DNA of 64,000 bases from Vicugna vicugna (taxonomy: Eukaryota): assembly GCA_013265495.1 (NCBI GenBank), contig MU058844.1, forward strand, positions 4,207,535-4,271,534, written 5' to 3'. Below, one piece after another: positions 49,330 through 62,341 of this stretch. Made by a program: the position numbers and the translations under genes. Under the pieces are notes generated by a model that ran no database searches, had not been told where the DNA came from, and was given only the letters and a program-made list of their open reading frames with translations. The first letter of the stretch is position 1, and each line of letters begins with the position of its first letter.

Positions 49330-51840
49330 TGTTTAGGATTAGGGCTTTGTACTCATAGTACAACTTTTAAAGTTTGAATTGTTGATTTGGGAACTTCTTC
49401 CATTCACATCTATTGTGATTCCTGACAGAATATATTTCACCCTACCATCTTATATGTTACTGTTTTATACCATTCTTATATGTAATTTACTTCTTCTTCC
49501 CCCTCCTCTCCTTCTTTTTCATCACCTTTTTCCTTTCTTCCCTGTCTTCTGCTAAATGAAACATATTTTCATGCTCCTGTTTTGTTTGTTTGTTTGTTTT
49601 TTGGTTTTTGGTTTTTTTGCTTTGAGTGGTCTGGAAGTTCTAATGCTTTTTAAAATTTTTTCAGTATATATCTTAAGGTCTTAAGATACAAATACGAACT
49701 TTATTTCTTAGTGAATATGGATAAATATTATCTATTTTCCTCCTCTGAAAAAGAAAGTTTATAACATGTCTTTATTTTACTTTTGCTCCATCTCTCATGC
49801 AATTTTAATTAGTAGACTTTGTCAATACTATAATTTGATCCCTGTACACACTACAGAGTGATCACCATCACAAGTCTACTTACCGTCTGTCAACATGCAG
49901 ACGACCCCCTTCACCCATTTTACCCACTCCCAAGCCCCTTCCCCTCTGGTAACCATTAACCTGATCTCTCTATTTATTATCTATGAATTAGTTTAAGTTT
50001 TATTTCATTTGCTCATTTTTTATAGATTCCACATATGAATAAAATCATACAGTATTTGTCTTTCTCTGTCTGACTCATTTCACTTAGCATGATACCTTCA
50101 AGTTCCAGGCATGTTGTCACAAATGGCACAATTTAATTTTTTTTACCACTGAGTAATATTCAGTTGTATAAATGTCTTCCACATCTTTATCCATTCATCC
50201 ACTGACGGACACTTCAGTTGTTTTTATCTTGGCTATGGTAAATAATGCAGCAATAAACACAGAGATGCATATATCTTTTCTAATGTGTGTTTTCATGTTC
50301 TTCAGATAAATATCCAAAAGTGGAATAGATGGGTCATATGGTAGTTCTATTCTTAATTTTTTGTGGAATATCCACACTGTTTTCCATGGTGGCTGCACCA
50401 ATTTACAGTCCTACCACAGTGTACAAGTGTTCCCTTTTCTCCACATCCTCACCAACATTTGTTATTTCTTGTCTTTTCAATAACATTCTAGCAGGTGTAA
50501 AATGATACCTCATTATGTTTTGATTTGCATTTCCCTGATAATTAGTGATATTGAACATATTTTCACGTGCCTATTGGCCATCTGTCTTCTTTAGAAAAAT
50601 GTCTATTCAGACCCTCTGCTGTTTGTTAATTGGGTTATTTGTTAATTAGCAGACTTTTTTTAGAACAGTTTTATGTTTACAGAAAGACTGGTTCTCACAC
50701 ATCCTCTATTCCACTTACAGTTTCCATGTATTATGTTTTAATCATATGTAGTTACGTTTATCCATCTATTACCTATAATACCTTTACTACTTTAGGAATT
50801 CTTTTTGTAATAAACTTCACTGAAATTTATGGGCAAAATGCCCATAAACGCTTGAACAGCATAGTCAACTGATTTCTATACTCATGTATTTTAACGTACA
50901 CCATATCTTCTTTCTGGACTAATTTTGAACAAATGAAATACATCTTGGGTAATTTTTTTTTCTTGAAATACATCTTGAGTAATTCATTTGCAGAATGATT
51001 CACTGTGACTTTTCATGTCCAGCAAAAATCTCTATGTTCCTCAAATATTTGCAAACGAATTGGCTAGGTGTAGAGTCCTAATTACAAGATCTTTTTCCTG
51101 CAGGACTTTAGGCCCTTGATACACTTCTTCAGCATTTAGTGTGAGGCTGAGAAGTCACATACCAGTCTGAGTCCCTTTTATTTGCTTTGTTTCTTTCTTT
51201 TCCTGTGGAAACTTTATAAATTTATTCTTTATCCTTAGAATTCAAAAGTTTCATCAAGATGTGTCTAAATATGCATGTTTCCTTATCCTGATCGGTATGT
51301 CAAAGACTTTTCCATGTGAACACTGGGATCCCTCTTCAGTTTAGGACATTTTTTTCTTATATTAATGACTTATATCTACCTCTCCATTTTAGTCTTTTCT
51401 TTTTCTTTCCATTTTTTAGGTGGCTATTGAATCTTCTGGCATTCTCCTCCATGGCTTTTATTTATCTTTAATATTTTCTATGTCTTTGTCTTCTCTATGT
51501 TATGGGAAGTTTCTTTAACTTTATTGCTCACATTAATTTGGCCTTCAGTTCTGTTTTGTTGTTTGATCCATATGTGTAGGTATGTATGTTTGCCTGTTTT
51601 GTTTTGCAGTCATTTTTTTTTCTAAGAACTCTTTTTATTTTCTGTACCATTTTCCAAGCAGCTTGTACTTGATTAATGGCTTTAATTGCCTCTTTAATCT
51701 TTCTAAGTATGCATTAAAATGCTTAAATGTCCAGGTCAGCTGTTCTGTTAGATTATCTTTTATAATGTCAGCTTTCCTTAAATGCATGGAAATTCTTTTG
51801 TTCTTACAGATTTCAAAATGAAAGTTTGCATTGATTTGCA
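49330..51840 (-). mobile_element. Degraded old L1 (L1ME-like) hosting a younger L1
   Basis: T-rich antisense L1 phrases (gctgagaagtcacataccagtctga; ttctttatccttagaattcaaaagtttcatcaagatgtgtct). Confidence 0.55.
49825..50640 (-). mobile_element. L1MA9/laurasiatherian-type L1 3' end
   Basis: ORF 50195-50401 VQPPWKTVWIFHKKLRIELPYDPSIPLLDIY is the L1 ORF2 C-terminus. Confidence 0.9.
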
Positions 51841-54504
51841 TATGTAGCTAGTGCAGGTTTTTTTTAAAAAAAATTATGTATCTGATTCTTACCAGCCCAT
51901 CCTCCCCAATGATGGGGAAATCTGATTAGACTCTGAAGTGAAAAGAGCAAGATTATGCTGAGTGATGTGCTCATGGGTTGAAAGTTGGCAAGCAAGGACC
52001 TCTTCCAGCTGTCAAAATGTGAAAGGTAGAATACCTGAGTGTATTTCACTGCTGTGTCAGCCCATTTATTCCTCTCATCTTCATCTCATGTCTGGGTGGG
52101 TTTAAAATCACCCAGGCTCTGCACTGTTTTGTTTTCAGCATCCAAACCGTCTTGAGCTTTTACTGGCCCTCCTTATCACCTCTTTAGGTGCCACAGATTT
52201 GCCACTTTGTTTTGAAAGCTATTATCAGTAGGTTTACATCCTGGAGACTACCACTTTAGCCAGCTGCTCTGTATAGAACCAATCAGGTTATTCCATAGTC
52301 CTTTAACTTAACCATTACATTAGTCTTCTATGGTGAGCCTTTGGTCCTCAGCCAGTTTATTTTGTCTTGAATCCTGAAACCTTCTCCTGTTCTTTCAGGT
52401 TTTTCAGTTTTGATTTCTTTGTCAACCAGATCTCCAAACTTCCCCTAGTCTGCTGATTCACATTTTCACTTTTTTCAGCATGATTAAGGATCTTGAAAAA
52501 TCACTCTCCTGTTATTTCAAGAAATGTTGGAACACAGAGAGTAAATGTATATATTTGCCTGCTATCTTGAACTTACAGAAAACTTAGATTTTATGTGCTT
52601 ATTTGTAACTAATAACCCCACCCTCCATCACATGCTGATACATACAGAAGCAGTTATCATTTTTTCTGAGCTTTGTATTTGTAATGTCTCTCTTTTTATA
52701 TATATATATATATTGGCATGGTCACAAACTCAGTCAAAGCCTGTTAACATCTCAGGAGTAATGATTTCAGTAGTTCCCCAATGTTTTTCCTTATGCTTCA
52801 CCATCTCTTCTCTAAATGATCAGCATAATATCCAAGACTGCAGTATGACTTCTGTGGACCATACACACTTTTACCCTGTCCTTTATTTTAAAAAAACATT
52901 AAAAGTCACATTTTATGATTATGTTGATATAAAGGTGAAGATAATCCAGTCTTCTCAGTGCTAATATGGGGGAAATAATTATTCCTACTGAAAGGGTTTA
53001 GAAGGAGTAACACAATAATAAGAAGAACTATAAGTAACACTTATTGAGTCTTTATCACATGCCACTTACTTGACTAAATAACTCACATATGATATGTGAA
53101 AAGAGCTTAATCCAGTGTCTGCTACAAAGAAAGTGTTCAAGGATTCTATTATCTTCCTACAATATTGCTCAATGAGGCATACCCTACTTAAAAGGAAAAG
53201 AATCTTCCTGGACAACGTCAGCCACACAGACTGCTTTCTCCTCTGATCTCCTGCGGCAGGTATCATGCACATTCTTCACGTGACAGTTGGCATGCACTAC
53301 CTGCAAACGGGTGCGTCATAAATCATCTTTGCATCCCTGGTACAGCTTGTCCGAGCCTTGCAGACTATAGAAGTCCACCATGCAGCTGCTGATGGATTGT
53401 GTCATTGATTACATGATTTCCTCATGACCAGCAGCCAAAAGTCCACTCAGCAGCCACATGCTGGGAGCAGCAGCAAGGTCAGCGGAGGGGTTGGCAGCAG
53501 CAAACCCTTAACAAAGAACCATGCTGCAGGCCTCCATTCATCTTGCTCTGCTGTTAGCAACACCCCAGCCTCGGGACTAGTGTGGAACCAAATGCGGGGC
53601 TGTGCATTTCCTCACATACGGCTGGTGGAAAACTGTTTTCTACCATCTTTGGAGTGCTAGAGCCACCTGAGAAGGACAGGTGGCTGATTTCACGGTGCAA
53701 TTTATCTCCCACTTGGTATAATTTATCACCAAAATAATTCCCTTAACTAGAAGCCACAGTAGTTAAAATACCACTGTTAGTCACCTCTATCATTAAGATT
53801 TATTCTCTGAGTTACTCGCCTTGAGGTAATTACAAATCCTCAGACTAATTTTTCTTAAAGCTTTAGTGATTTATTTTCTGCTGGACAATTATAACAGAGG
53901 ACTGAGAAGCAGAGTAGGAGGGAGACGAGAGGGAGAAAGGCCAGGAGGAAGGGGAAGCGGCTTCATAAAAGGGAAGTAAGCGGAGCAGAAGACAGGCCTT
54001 GCCTACTTCACCATGTGACTCTGCCTGGGAGTCACATGGCTCTGTGGAGTAGCATGCAATCTAGCCCTTCTGAAATGCACGCCACAGGCCAGGACTTCCA
54101 GACCAAAATTAGACACAGGACTCTAAACTTCTCATTTTCTGTGGAAAAAAAAACTGTGACTCTGGCTAATGGAGATTGAAAAAGTAGAGTATTTAGATAA
54201 TTCCTCTGAATTCTTTTCACTCCTAGCTATACAATTTTGCCCACACTTACCAAATTTTCACAAGATCTGTGTAGAAGACTATTATTGCCTATTCTTTATC
54301 AAATTTTCACAGGCATTTCTAAAGCAATAAGCTGCCTATTTGGTAATGCTGTCTATTCACTTCCATTCTCTCAATGGCTACAAATCCTATCTCTACTCTT
54401 CTGCGTTCAGATACCTTCCCCGAGCCGCCTATCCACCAGAGGGACTGTGAAGTCTGGGTGCAGTGGACGGAGACCAGCTCAGAAACAGTCACCTCTGAGA
54501 GGTG

Positions 54505-54730
54505 TTCTGTGATGGAGACATATTGTAGTGACTGGAAATAAGGCATGAGAGTCACACAGGTTTGGGGAGGCACGTGGCCCCATGTGTTGTGCCCTTGCAC
54601 AAATCTCGTAACCCCCTGGAACCTCAATTATTTCATCTATAAAATGGGAAAACAATAAATAACAATAGTGTGTCCTGTGAAGATAAATGGGATCATGTTT
54701 GTGGAAACCCCCGGGCAGTGTCTGAGTGGC
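54505..54730 (+). mobile_element. MIR SINE
   Basis: gagtcacacaggtttggg...cctcaattatttcatctataaaatggg...tgtgaagataaatgggatcatg. Confidence 0.7.
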
Positions 54731-55874
54731 CTCCCCTTATTTAGTGGCTATGGTGGTGTCCAGAGCAGCAGCTTCTATAAGCCTGCTAGGCCCTGTGGAG
54801 AATGCCAAGATATGAATGAGTCTCACCACTTAGGGAGCTTCTAGATCCCAAGGGGAGGGCAGAAGGGCACACGAAGGACTATACACCACGTCAGTGTGTG
54901 GTAATCACAAGAAAAACACGCAGAGAGAGAGGTTGTTTTCAGCTGGAATGATCAGAAATGGTTTCATGGGATTGTTCTTGACTGAGCTGGACCTCAACTG
55001 ATGACCCATTGTCTTACAGACTTTTGCTTTTCTAGATTTAATCAAGAGGCAACTGCAGCTTCTAGGGATGTTCAGGGCCACCTCAGTAAGTATGGTGCTT
55101 CCAGGACCCTCCAGATGTACCTGGATCTCTTCCTACATGTGGTGCCAATAGTCCTTGTGTCTCAGGCAGAGACTCAATGTGGCTCATTGGTGGAAGGCGA
55201 TCAGTTTCTGGTGCATTATAACCAATCTGTTACTAGTAACAGTTAAAGTTAAATGAATAACTTCTCCATGTGCATTAGATTCGACTCTGCCACTGAGAGC
55301 AAATACTATTTGACGTTACCAGGTTTCTTCTTCTCACTCTTCTTACCCCTGTAATAGCCCTCATCATGTAGGCAGAGAGCCTGCGGGCCACATGCACTGT
55401 CTAGGGAGGACAACTATAACAAGATCACCGAAGTCACTGCTTAGCATTGAGTTTCCAAATGGATGTCTTCCAGCTCATACCGAAACATTTGGCTTGACAA
55501 CCTGATCCTGGTGGCCCAGAAACATAGGGAAACTTTGTATCTTGCTCCGAAGAGCATGGCCTGGGAAGCATGCACGCTTCTGACAGAGCAGGAGACAGAC
55601 ACTTGTGGAGTGATAGGCCCTGAAGACTGGACTAGAGGACTGTACACCAAGTCCAGAGGGGGCTGGCCACCCCAGTCCAGAGAAACTAAAGAAAGTATTT
55701 CTGAAGCCCCAAGGGAAGTGGGGACATGCTGACTGAGCTGGGGGCAACTCAAGAAGACAGAAGGCAAATCCACAGCCACATGGTACCTATCCGCCCGGGT
55801 GGTGGGGCCAGAGCAGACATAGCAAGGGCAGAGAATATCACACTCAGATGGTAAAAGCCTCACTCATGTGGGCT

Positions 55875-56095
55875 CACTCTTCACAGATTCAGAGTACTGT
55901 GCTGAGTCCTTTCCTCAGTTATCTTACTGCATCCTTACAATCATCCCTCAAAGGTGCTGCTATTGATAAACCCGTTTCACAGATGAAGAAAGAGAAGCAC
56001 CAAAGGGCAAGTAACCAGGCTTTGGTCACAGAGCAGATGAGTAATACTAGAGTTAAAGTTGAATCCAAGCCTCTGGCTCAGGGGGCTGCTCTCCA
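55875..56095 (-). mobile_element. MIR SINE
   Basis: atccttacaatcatccct...cccgtttcacagatgaagaaa...ggtcacagagcag. Confidence 0.7.
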
Positions 56096-56249
56096 CTGGC
56101 TCAGGACAGTGGCCCCAGTAACATGCATTACCTACAGGGGGACATTAGGAGAAGAGGGAAGGAAAAAGACTCTTGGCTTGAGTGAATTTGCTTAGAAGAA
56201 CATGCATGTTAAATTAGAGGTGACCCAGACATCTTGAGAACTTCAATCT

Positions 56250-58120
56250 GAATCTGTTTAAAATATCTTCCGTGTATCTAACTCTACATGCTCAGTCTTT
56301 CCTATAGCTTCTTAAACACATGGAGTAGGTCTTAACTACATGAATCATAGTTATCATAACAGTTTTAATGCCCTTGCCTAATAATGTTATCATCTGTGTC
56401 ATTTCCAGAACTGTTCCTATTGACTGATTTTTCACCATGAGTTATTTCCACTGTGATGTGATTTACAATAAGGAATATGTATTTGGTCTTTGTCCCTGTT
56501 CCTGGCATCCAGCTCATAAAAGCCTCGGGATTTACTAAGTGATAAGAGTGAAGTAAATGTGTCTTTTATTATTCATACCAAACCCCTTTCAACCACACCT
56601 GATTTGACATTAATGAGGTGGTTTATGGAAAGCCCCTAAGGGGGTGGGGGAGCTAGTTGCCAAGGGAACCGACCCTGTAATTAAAGGGTTAGAACATTCA
56701 GCCTCATTTTCCAGACATCCAGGGAGGGGAGAGGGGATGGAGACTGAATTCAATCATCAATGGCCAATGATGTAATTAACCATGCCTATGTAATGAAGCC
56801 TCCATATAAAGCCAAAAGGACAGCATTGGAGAGCTTCTGGGCTGTGAATACATGGAGATGTGGGGTGAGCAGCAAGCCAGGAGAGGGCATGGAAGCTCCA
56901 AACCCCTTCACACATACCTCACTCTATGCATCTCTTCTATTTGGCTGTTCCCGACTTACATCATTTTATAATAACCCAGTAATCTAGTAAGTAAAATGTT
57001 TTCTGAGTTCTGTGAGCTGCTCAAGGAAATTAATCAGATCCAAAGCGGGGGTGGGGGGCGGTGTCAGGGAACCTCTGATTTATAGCAGTTAATCAGAAGC
57101 ACAGATAACCTGGACTTGAGATTAGCATCTGAAGCTGGGCCGATGCTGGTGTAGTCTTGTGGGACTGAGCCCTTAAGCTGTGAGATCTGACACTATCTCC
57201 AGGTAGAATGTCATAACTGAGTTGTTTGTCGGACATTCATCTGGTGTCACAGAATTATTTGGGGAGGTGAGGGGTAGAACCCCCACACACTTGGAAGCCA
57301 GAAGTGTCAGAAGCATTCTGTGAGTGGAGTACTGAGACTAGAGGAGACAAGTGGGAGTGGTTTTCCTTTACATCCGTTTACTTGTGTAACTGATAATTTT
57401 TTATGGAACACCAGGCATGGTGAATTTTAACTTTCGTGGCGCTAGGTATTTTTGTATTCCCAAAAATATTTTCCAATCTTTATTCTAGGATGCAGCTGAG
57501 TTACTTGTAAACAGTTTGAACCTTTGGAGGTTGCTTTTAAGCTCCGTTAGGCAAGATCAGACCAGGCTTTAGTCCAGAACTGATTTTGTTGCACTAGTAA
57601 GGCAATACCCTGAGAATCACAGGATTTTCCACACTGGCTGATGGGAATACAGTTTTCCTGGTCCTGTGTGAGCTCCAGGAATTATTTCCTCTGTTCCTTT
57701 TCAGTGATGTTATTTGTAAACTTGAGTCATTTCCTTCTCATATATGCTGATTAGTATGAGCTGAAGATCTGAAGGGACCCTCTGCAGATCGCTTACTCTC
57801 GGCAGTGTTCACCTTTCTGGGACTCTGTCCTGAACACACTAACCAGCTCATCTTTCCAGATTCCCAGCTCTATCTCCTCAACTTCAAGAGAGCTCCATGT
57901 TCCACACTGCATCCTGGAAACTCCCTCCAGGCTATAAACTGGGTCAAACATAGAGCTCACCTGGCTCACTGCCCCTCTTCTCAGGAGTAACCTACACTAC
58001 CTGGTGTCCAGGGTCTGCAACTGTTGTTTTATCATTTTTGTTGAGGTTTTTTTTTTTTGGTAGTTTTAAGTAGGAGAGTAAATCTAGTCCCTGTTACTCT
58101 CTCTTAACTGAAAGCAAAAA
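56250..58120 (-). mobile_element. L1MC/MD-type 5' region (5'UTR toward ORF1), split by MER21
   Basis: Right end taggagagtaaatctagtccctgttactct is the antisense of a typical L1MC/MD 5' start; the host continues on both sides of the LTR. Confidence 0.6.
56452..57372 (+). mobile_element. MER21-like solo LTR (~920 bp)
   Basis: tgtgat...tatttggtctttgtccctgttcctggc...aatcatcaatggccaatgatgtaattaaccatgcctatgtaatgaagcctccata...ttttcctttaca; imperfect TSD tccac / tccgt. Confidence 0.85.
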
Positions 58121-59431
58121 TCTTCCTCAATGATGCTGCTTTTAATCCTCTTTAGTCCAACGTGCTTAGTACAGGAAGGGGAAGTCACAAGCAAATGAAT
58201 TATTTTTGACTTTGAGTACACATGTGTTTGCATATTGTACAGAGGAATTTTACATGGTGCGTATGGAGAAGCCAGAAATAAAGTTAGAGAACTGCTAGGG
58301 TCAACAGTTGTTGTTATCCCTCTGAGGGTCATGCACCTAACTTTACATTCTAATGCTACCAAGGCCTTCTTTCTAACAGTAGTTGTAATATTTACTCAGA
58401 GTTTCTTGACCTAATTGACATATCGTATTTAGTTATACAAATGCTCTCACATAGAAGTCACATGATATCTTTCTATAAAAGAGTCTTATAGAAACTATTA
58501 TGGAATGTACAACTATGCACCTAATTCAATAGCATATGGATTCTCTGAAGATCTAATGGAGGTCAGCACACATCCCCTCTCATTACACTGAGTGTCAAAT
58601 ACATGACAACAGTGTCTTTGACAATGATTTTGATGCACCTGTAACTTCAATTTTTAGCCAAGTAAAAATGAACTCCTATCTGGAGACTGTAGTTTCTGCA
58701 TTAGTACAGAAAATCTTGGCAGGCAAAGCACTTGCCTGTTATTCTTTTATATACTACTGGGAATTCAATTGATTAAGTGGACTTAATTGAAACAGAATGG
58801 GTTTTCATTCCCATGAATTTGATTTTATCTAGCTATAATTATTAATTTTCCTTTAATCTTTAAGCTACTGTGCCATATTGGTGACATAGTTTTAGCTGTA
58901 TTATGAGAAAACAGTTTTTTGATAACTTAATCATTTAAAAATGTATTGTATTATTGAAATGATTTGATTACATTTTAAGACTCCATAAGAGTCAAGGAAT
59001 ATAGCTCCAACCTTATGGGAGAGAATTTGATGCACTTAATGTTAATCCCAATACACACCAACACTTACTAAACATTCACTACATGCTAGGTATGCAATTG
59101 CAAGTCTGTAAGCTCTTGTTCTGAATATTTATTTGGCAAAAACTCACTACAATTTAAATTCATAAGCCTGTTCTCTATGAAGCCCACTACCTGAAGACTT
59201 CTGTACATGCATACACTTTTTCCTAAGTTTCTCAGTATTTGAGTTCCTGGTGTTACCATGCACTGGGTACTGACACCATTGCAAGTGATGTAGACATGGA
59301 TACAGATATAGACACATTTATTGATAAATATATAAATCCTGGAGAAAACCTGTGAGGTAGCTACTAGTATTTAAATTAGGCCCTGATAAATGTCAGTGCT
59401 TGGGTTTCAATCTGTCCCTGAGCCTTTAACC

Positions 59432-59990
59432 AGAATAGTAACAGCTAATTCTACTGAATATTTACTCTGTGTTAGACACTGCTTTAAGTGCTTTATATAT
59501 ACCAACTAATTTAATCTTTACAACAACCCTAGAAGGCAAATACAAGGACTATTTCCATTTTACTAAAGACCCAAAAGGCGAAGTAGCTGTCCAAAGACAT
59601 GTGACTGGTTGGAGGCAGAGCCCAAACCCAGGCAGTGTCACTGCCTGTGCTCCCCAGTGTTGTCCTCCCAAGGCGCCAAGAAATACATTCCTTCTTTCAA
59701 TGGCTGATATACGTTCCAGCAAAGGGAATCTGTGGCTTTTCTCTTTCTTCCCGACTAGTCAGGTAAAGGCATGGGTTAAAAGCCAAAGAGAGTCTGTTGT
59801 CACTCTGCCCAAGCCAATCCCACAGTAATAGAATTATAAAACCTTAGATATTGTTCATCCCAATCTCCGCATTTTACAGGTAGAGAAACTGAGGCCCAGG
59901 TTGGCTAAAAATGTTGTCCAAGGTTAAATATGGATTTCCAATTTCTGTCAAAGCAGGGCATTTGGCAGAGTGCTGAGTTCTCTTGTACAA
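59432..59990 (-). mobile_element. Two MIR fragments (~59432-59650, ~59830-59990)
   Basis: atttaatctttacaacaaccct; cattttacaggtagagaaactgaggcccag. Confidence 0.75.
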
Positions 59991-61316
59991 CAAATATTGA
60001 ACAATCTTGCTCAACAAATATTTGGGGAATTGAATTGGAAGTCAAACTCTTCCTTGAGATTAGGTCAGCACAAAGCTCCATGGTCAGAAATACCTTGTAG
60101 ATCATGTCCACCTGACTGGCTTCTGTGCATAAAAACTGACCTCCCTAGAAATATTTTCATCGACAATAGAGTCACACTGCCTACTGCTGTACTAATGTTC
60201 TTACAGTTTTCTATTAAGCAAGCCTGGAATTGTTTTATTTTTGTGTTGTAGCCCTAAATCTCCACCATAGCAGAGAGGTTGCTTTTTCAAAACAACTACT
60301 CTCAGGTTTAACAAATTAGAATCTATTGATTTCTTGACAAAGTAAAGGGTATTGCTGTACCCTCAAGACAGACATGGGCTGAACTTTACTTGAGGAAAGT
60401 AGAAGTATTTCAGGAAGGTTGGGCAAGAAAAGCCATTCAAATAACCCACCAATTTGAAACAGCCTTAAAGAATTTGAAATGAAAATTTCCTTCATCAGCA
60501 AGAATCGTTATCATAATTTTCTCAAAAATTAAACATGTATTGATCTGAATGTTATTATTATTATTGTTTTGCTTACATTTATTTCTACTAACTCTTGAGC
60601 ACTTTAGAAAGATATTTTTATTATTACAGTTAAATCACTTTTTCCTTATTTTAATCAATATTTTTTTCAAATCTTTACCTAATGAATAGCACTCTAACAG
60701 GGATGCACTCATATACAAATTCAAATAGATGTAATGTGGTTATATTGGTTTATTTTTGTTGTGGACCACAGCATAGATGGAAAGGCTGTTAGATAATCTT
60801 TAAAAACTGAAATTAGAGAACCAGAGGCTTACAAACTAACTTTAAGCTCTCCTGTCTTCTTATAGTCTATCATGTCTTTATGAAACATAGTTCATTCTGA
60901 TAATAAAGTTCAGAAGTATTTTTAAAGATGTTGTTCCAACACTTAAATGTCCAGATTTTAATGATTACAGATGTTTTTGGATGAATTTAACCAAAAATGT
61001 GTCAGAATTCCACTCTATTTAAAGCAATTTTTAATACAATCAACAGTTTAAGTTTTGAGAGTATAATTCTTCACCCATGGGGTTCCTTGGACAAAGAATG
61101 CTTTACAATTCTGGAAATAATTAAAGTTTCATTTTTTCACTGTTTTTGCAAAGATTTGAATTTACTTGATTTTCCTTTTAAAGATAGATGAATTATTTTG
61201 AATTAACTTTTTATGTAAAAACTAGTTTTTTTACAGTAAAGTTTTTAATTTGTTTGCCTAGTTTCATTCATTTTACGTATATATAATTTCTCATATTTAA
61301 ATATATATAATTTCTG

Positions 61317-62341
61317 TGACAAAGGCTTTATCTCCAGAATATATAAGCAGCTCATACAACTTAATAAGAAAAAAACCAAACAACCCAATCCAAAAATGGG
61401 CCAAAAACCTAAACAAGCAATTCTCCAAGGAAGACATACAGATGATCAATAGGCACATGAAAAAAGGCTCAATATCCCTAATTATCAGAGAAATATAAAT
61501 CAAAACTACAATGAGGTATCACCTCACACCAGTCAGAATGGCCATCATTCCAAAGTCCTCAAATGATAAATGCTGGAGAGGGTGTGGAGGAAAGGGAGCC
61601 CTCCTTCACTGCTGGTGGGAATGCAGTTTGGTGCAGCCATTGTGGAAAATAGTATGGAGATTCCTCAAAAGACTAGGAATAGACTTACCATAGGACCCAG
61701 GAATCCTGCTCCTGGGCATATATCCAGAAGGAACCCCAATTCAAAAATATACCAGCACCCCAGTGTTCATAGCAGCACTATTTACAAAAGCCAAGACATG
61801 GAAACAGCCTAAATGTCCATCAACAGATGACTGGATAAAGAAGAAGTGGTATATTTATACAATGGAATACTACTCAGCCATAAAAAAGACAACACAATGC
61901 CATTTGCGGCAACATGGATGTCCCTGGAGAATGTTATTCTAAGTGAAGTAAGCCAGAAAGAAAAAGAAAAATACCATATATCATCACTCATATGTGGAAT
62001 CTGAGAAAAAAAAAAGATGACGACAAATAAACTTAAATATAAAACAGAAACAGACTCTTACACCTAGAATACAAACTTGTGGTTGCCAAGGGGGAAGTGG
62101 GTGGGAAGGGACAGGCTGGGAGTTCGAAATTTGTAGATGTTGACAGGTAGATATAGAATAAATAGACATGTTTATATTGTATAACACAGGGAAATACATA
62201 CAAGATCTTGTGGTAGCTCACAGTGAAAAAGAATGTGAAAATGAACATATGTATATTCATGTATGACTGAAATATTGGACTCTACACTGGAAATTGACAC
62301 AACACTGTGAACTGACTATAACTCAATAAAATTAAAAATAT
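61317..62341 (+). mobile_element. Relatively young 5'-truncated camelid-type L1 (~1 kb)
   Basis: ORF2 C-terminus with CCHC knuckle (CWRGCG...HCWWEC), complete 3'UTR with aataaa, and perfect 16-bp TSD atatatataatttctg (61301-61316, 62342-62357). Confidence 0.95.

Noticed and set aside
55650..55668. CTCF-like word ccagagggggctg
   Set aside because: Spacing does not fit the CCASYAGRKGGC core; too weak to call without a PWM scan.
55441..56195. Cluster of overlapping 89-140 aa ORFs on both strands
   Set aside because: Locally higher GC, partial MIR overlap, no recognisable domains or splice structure.
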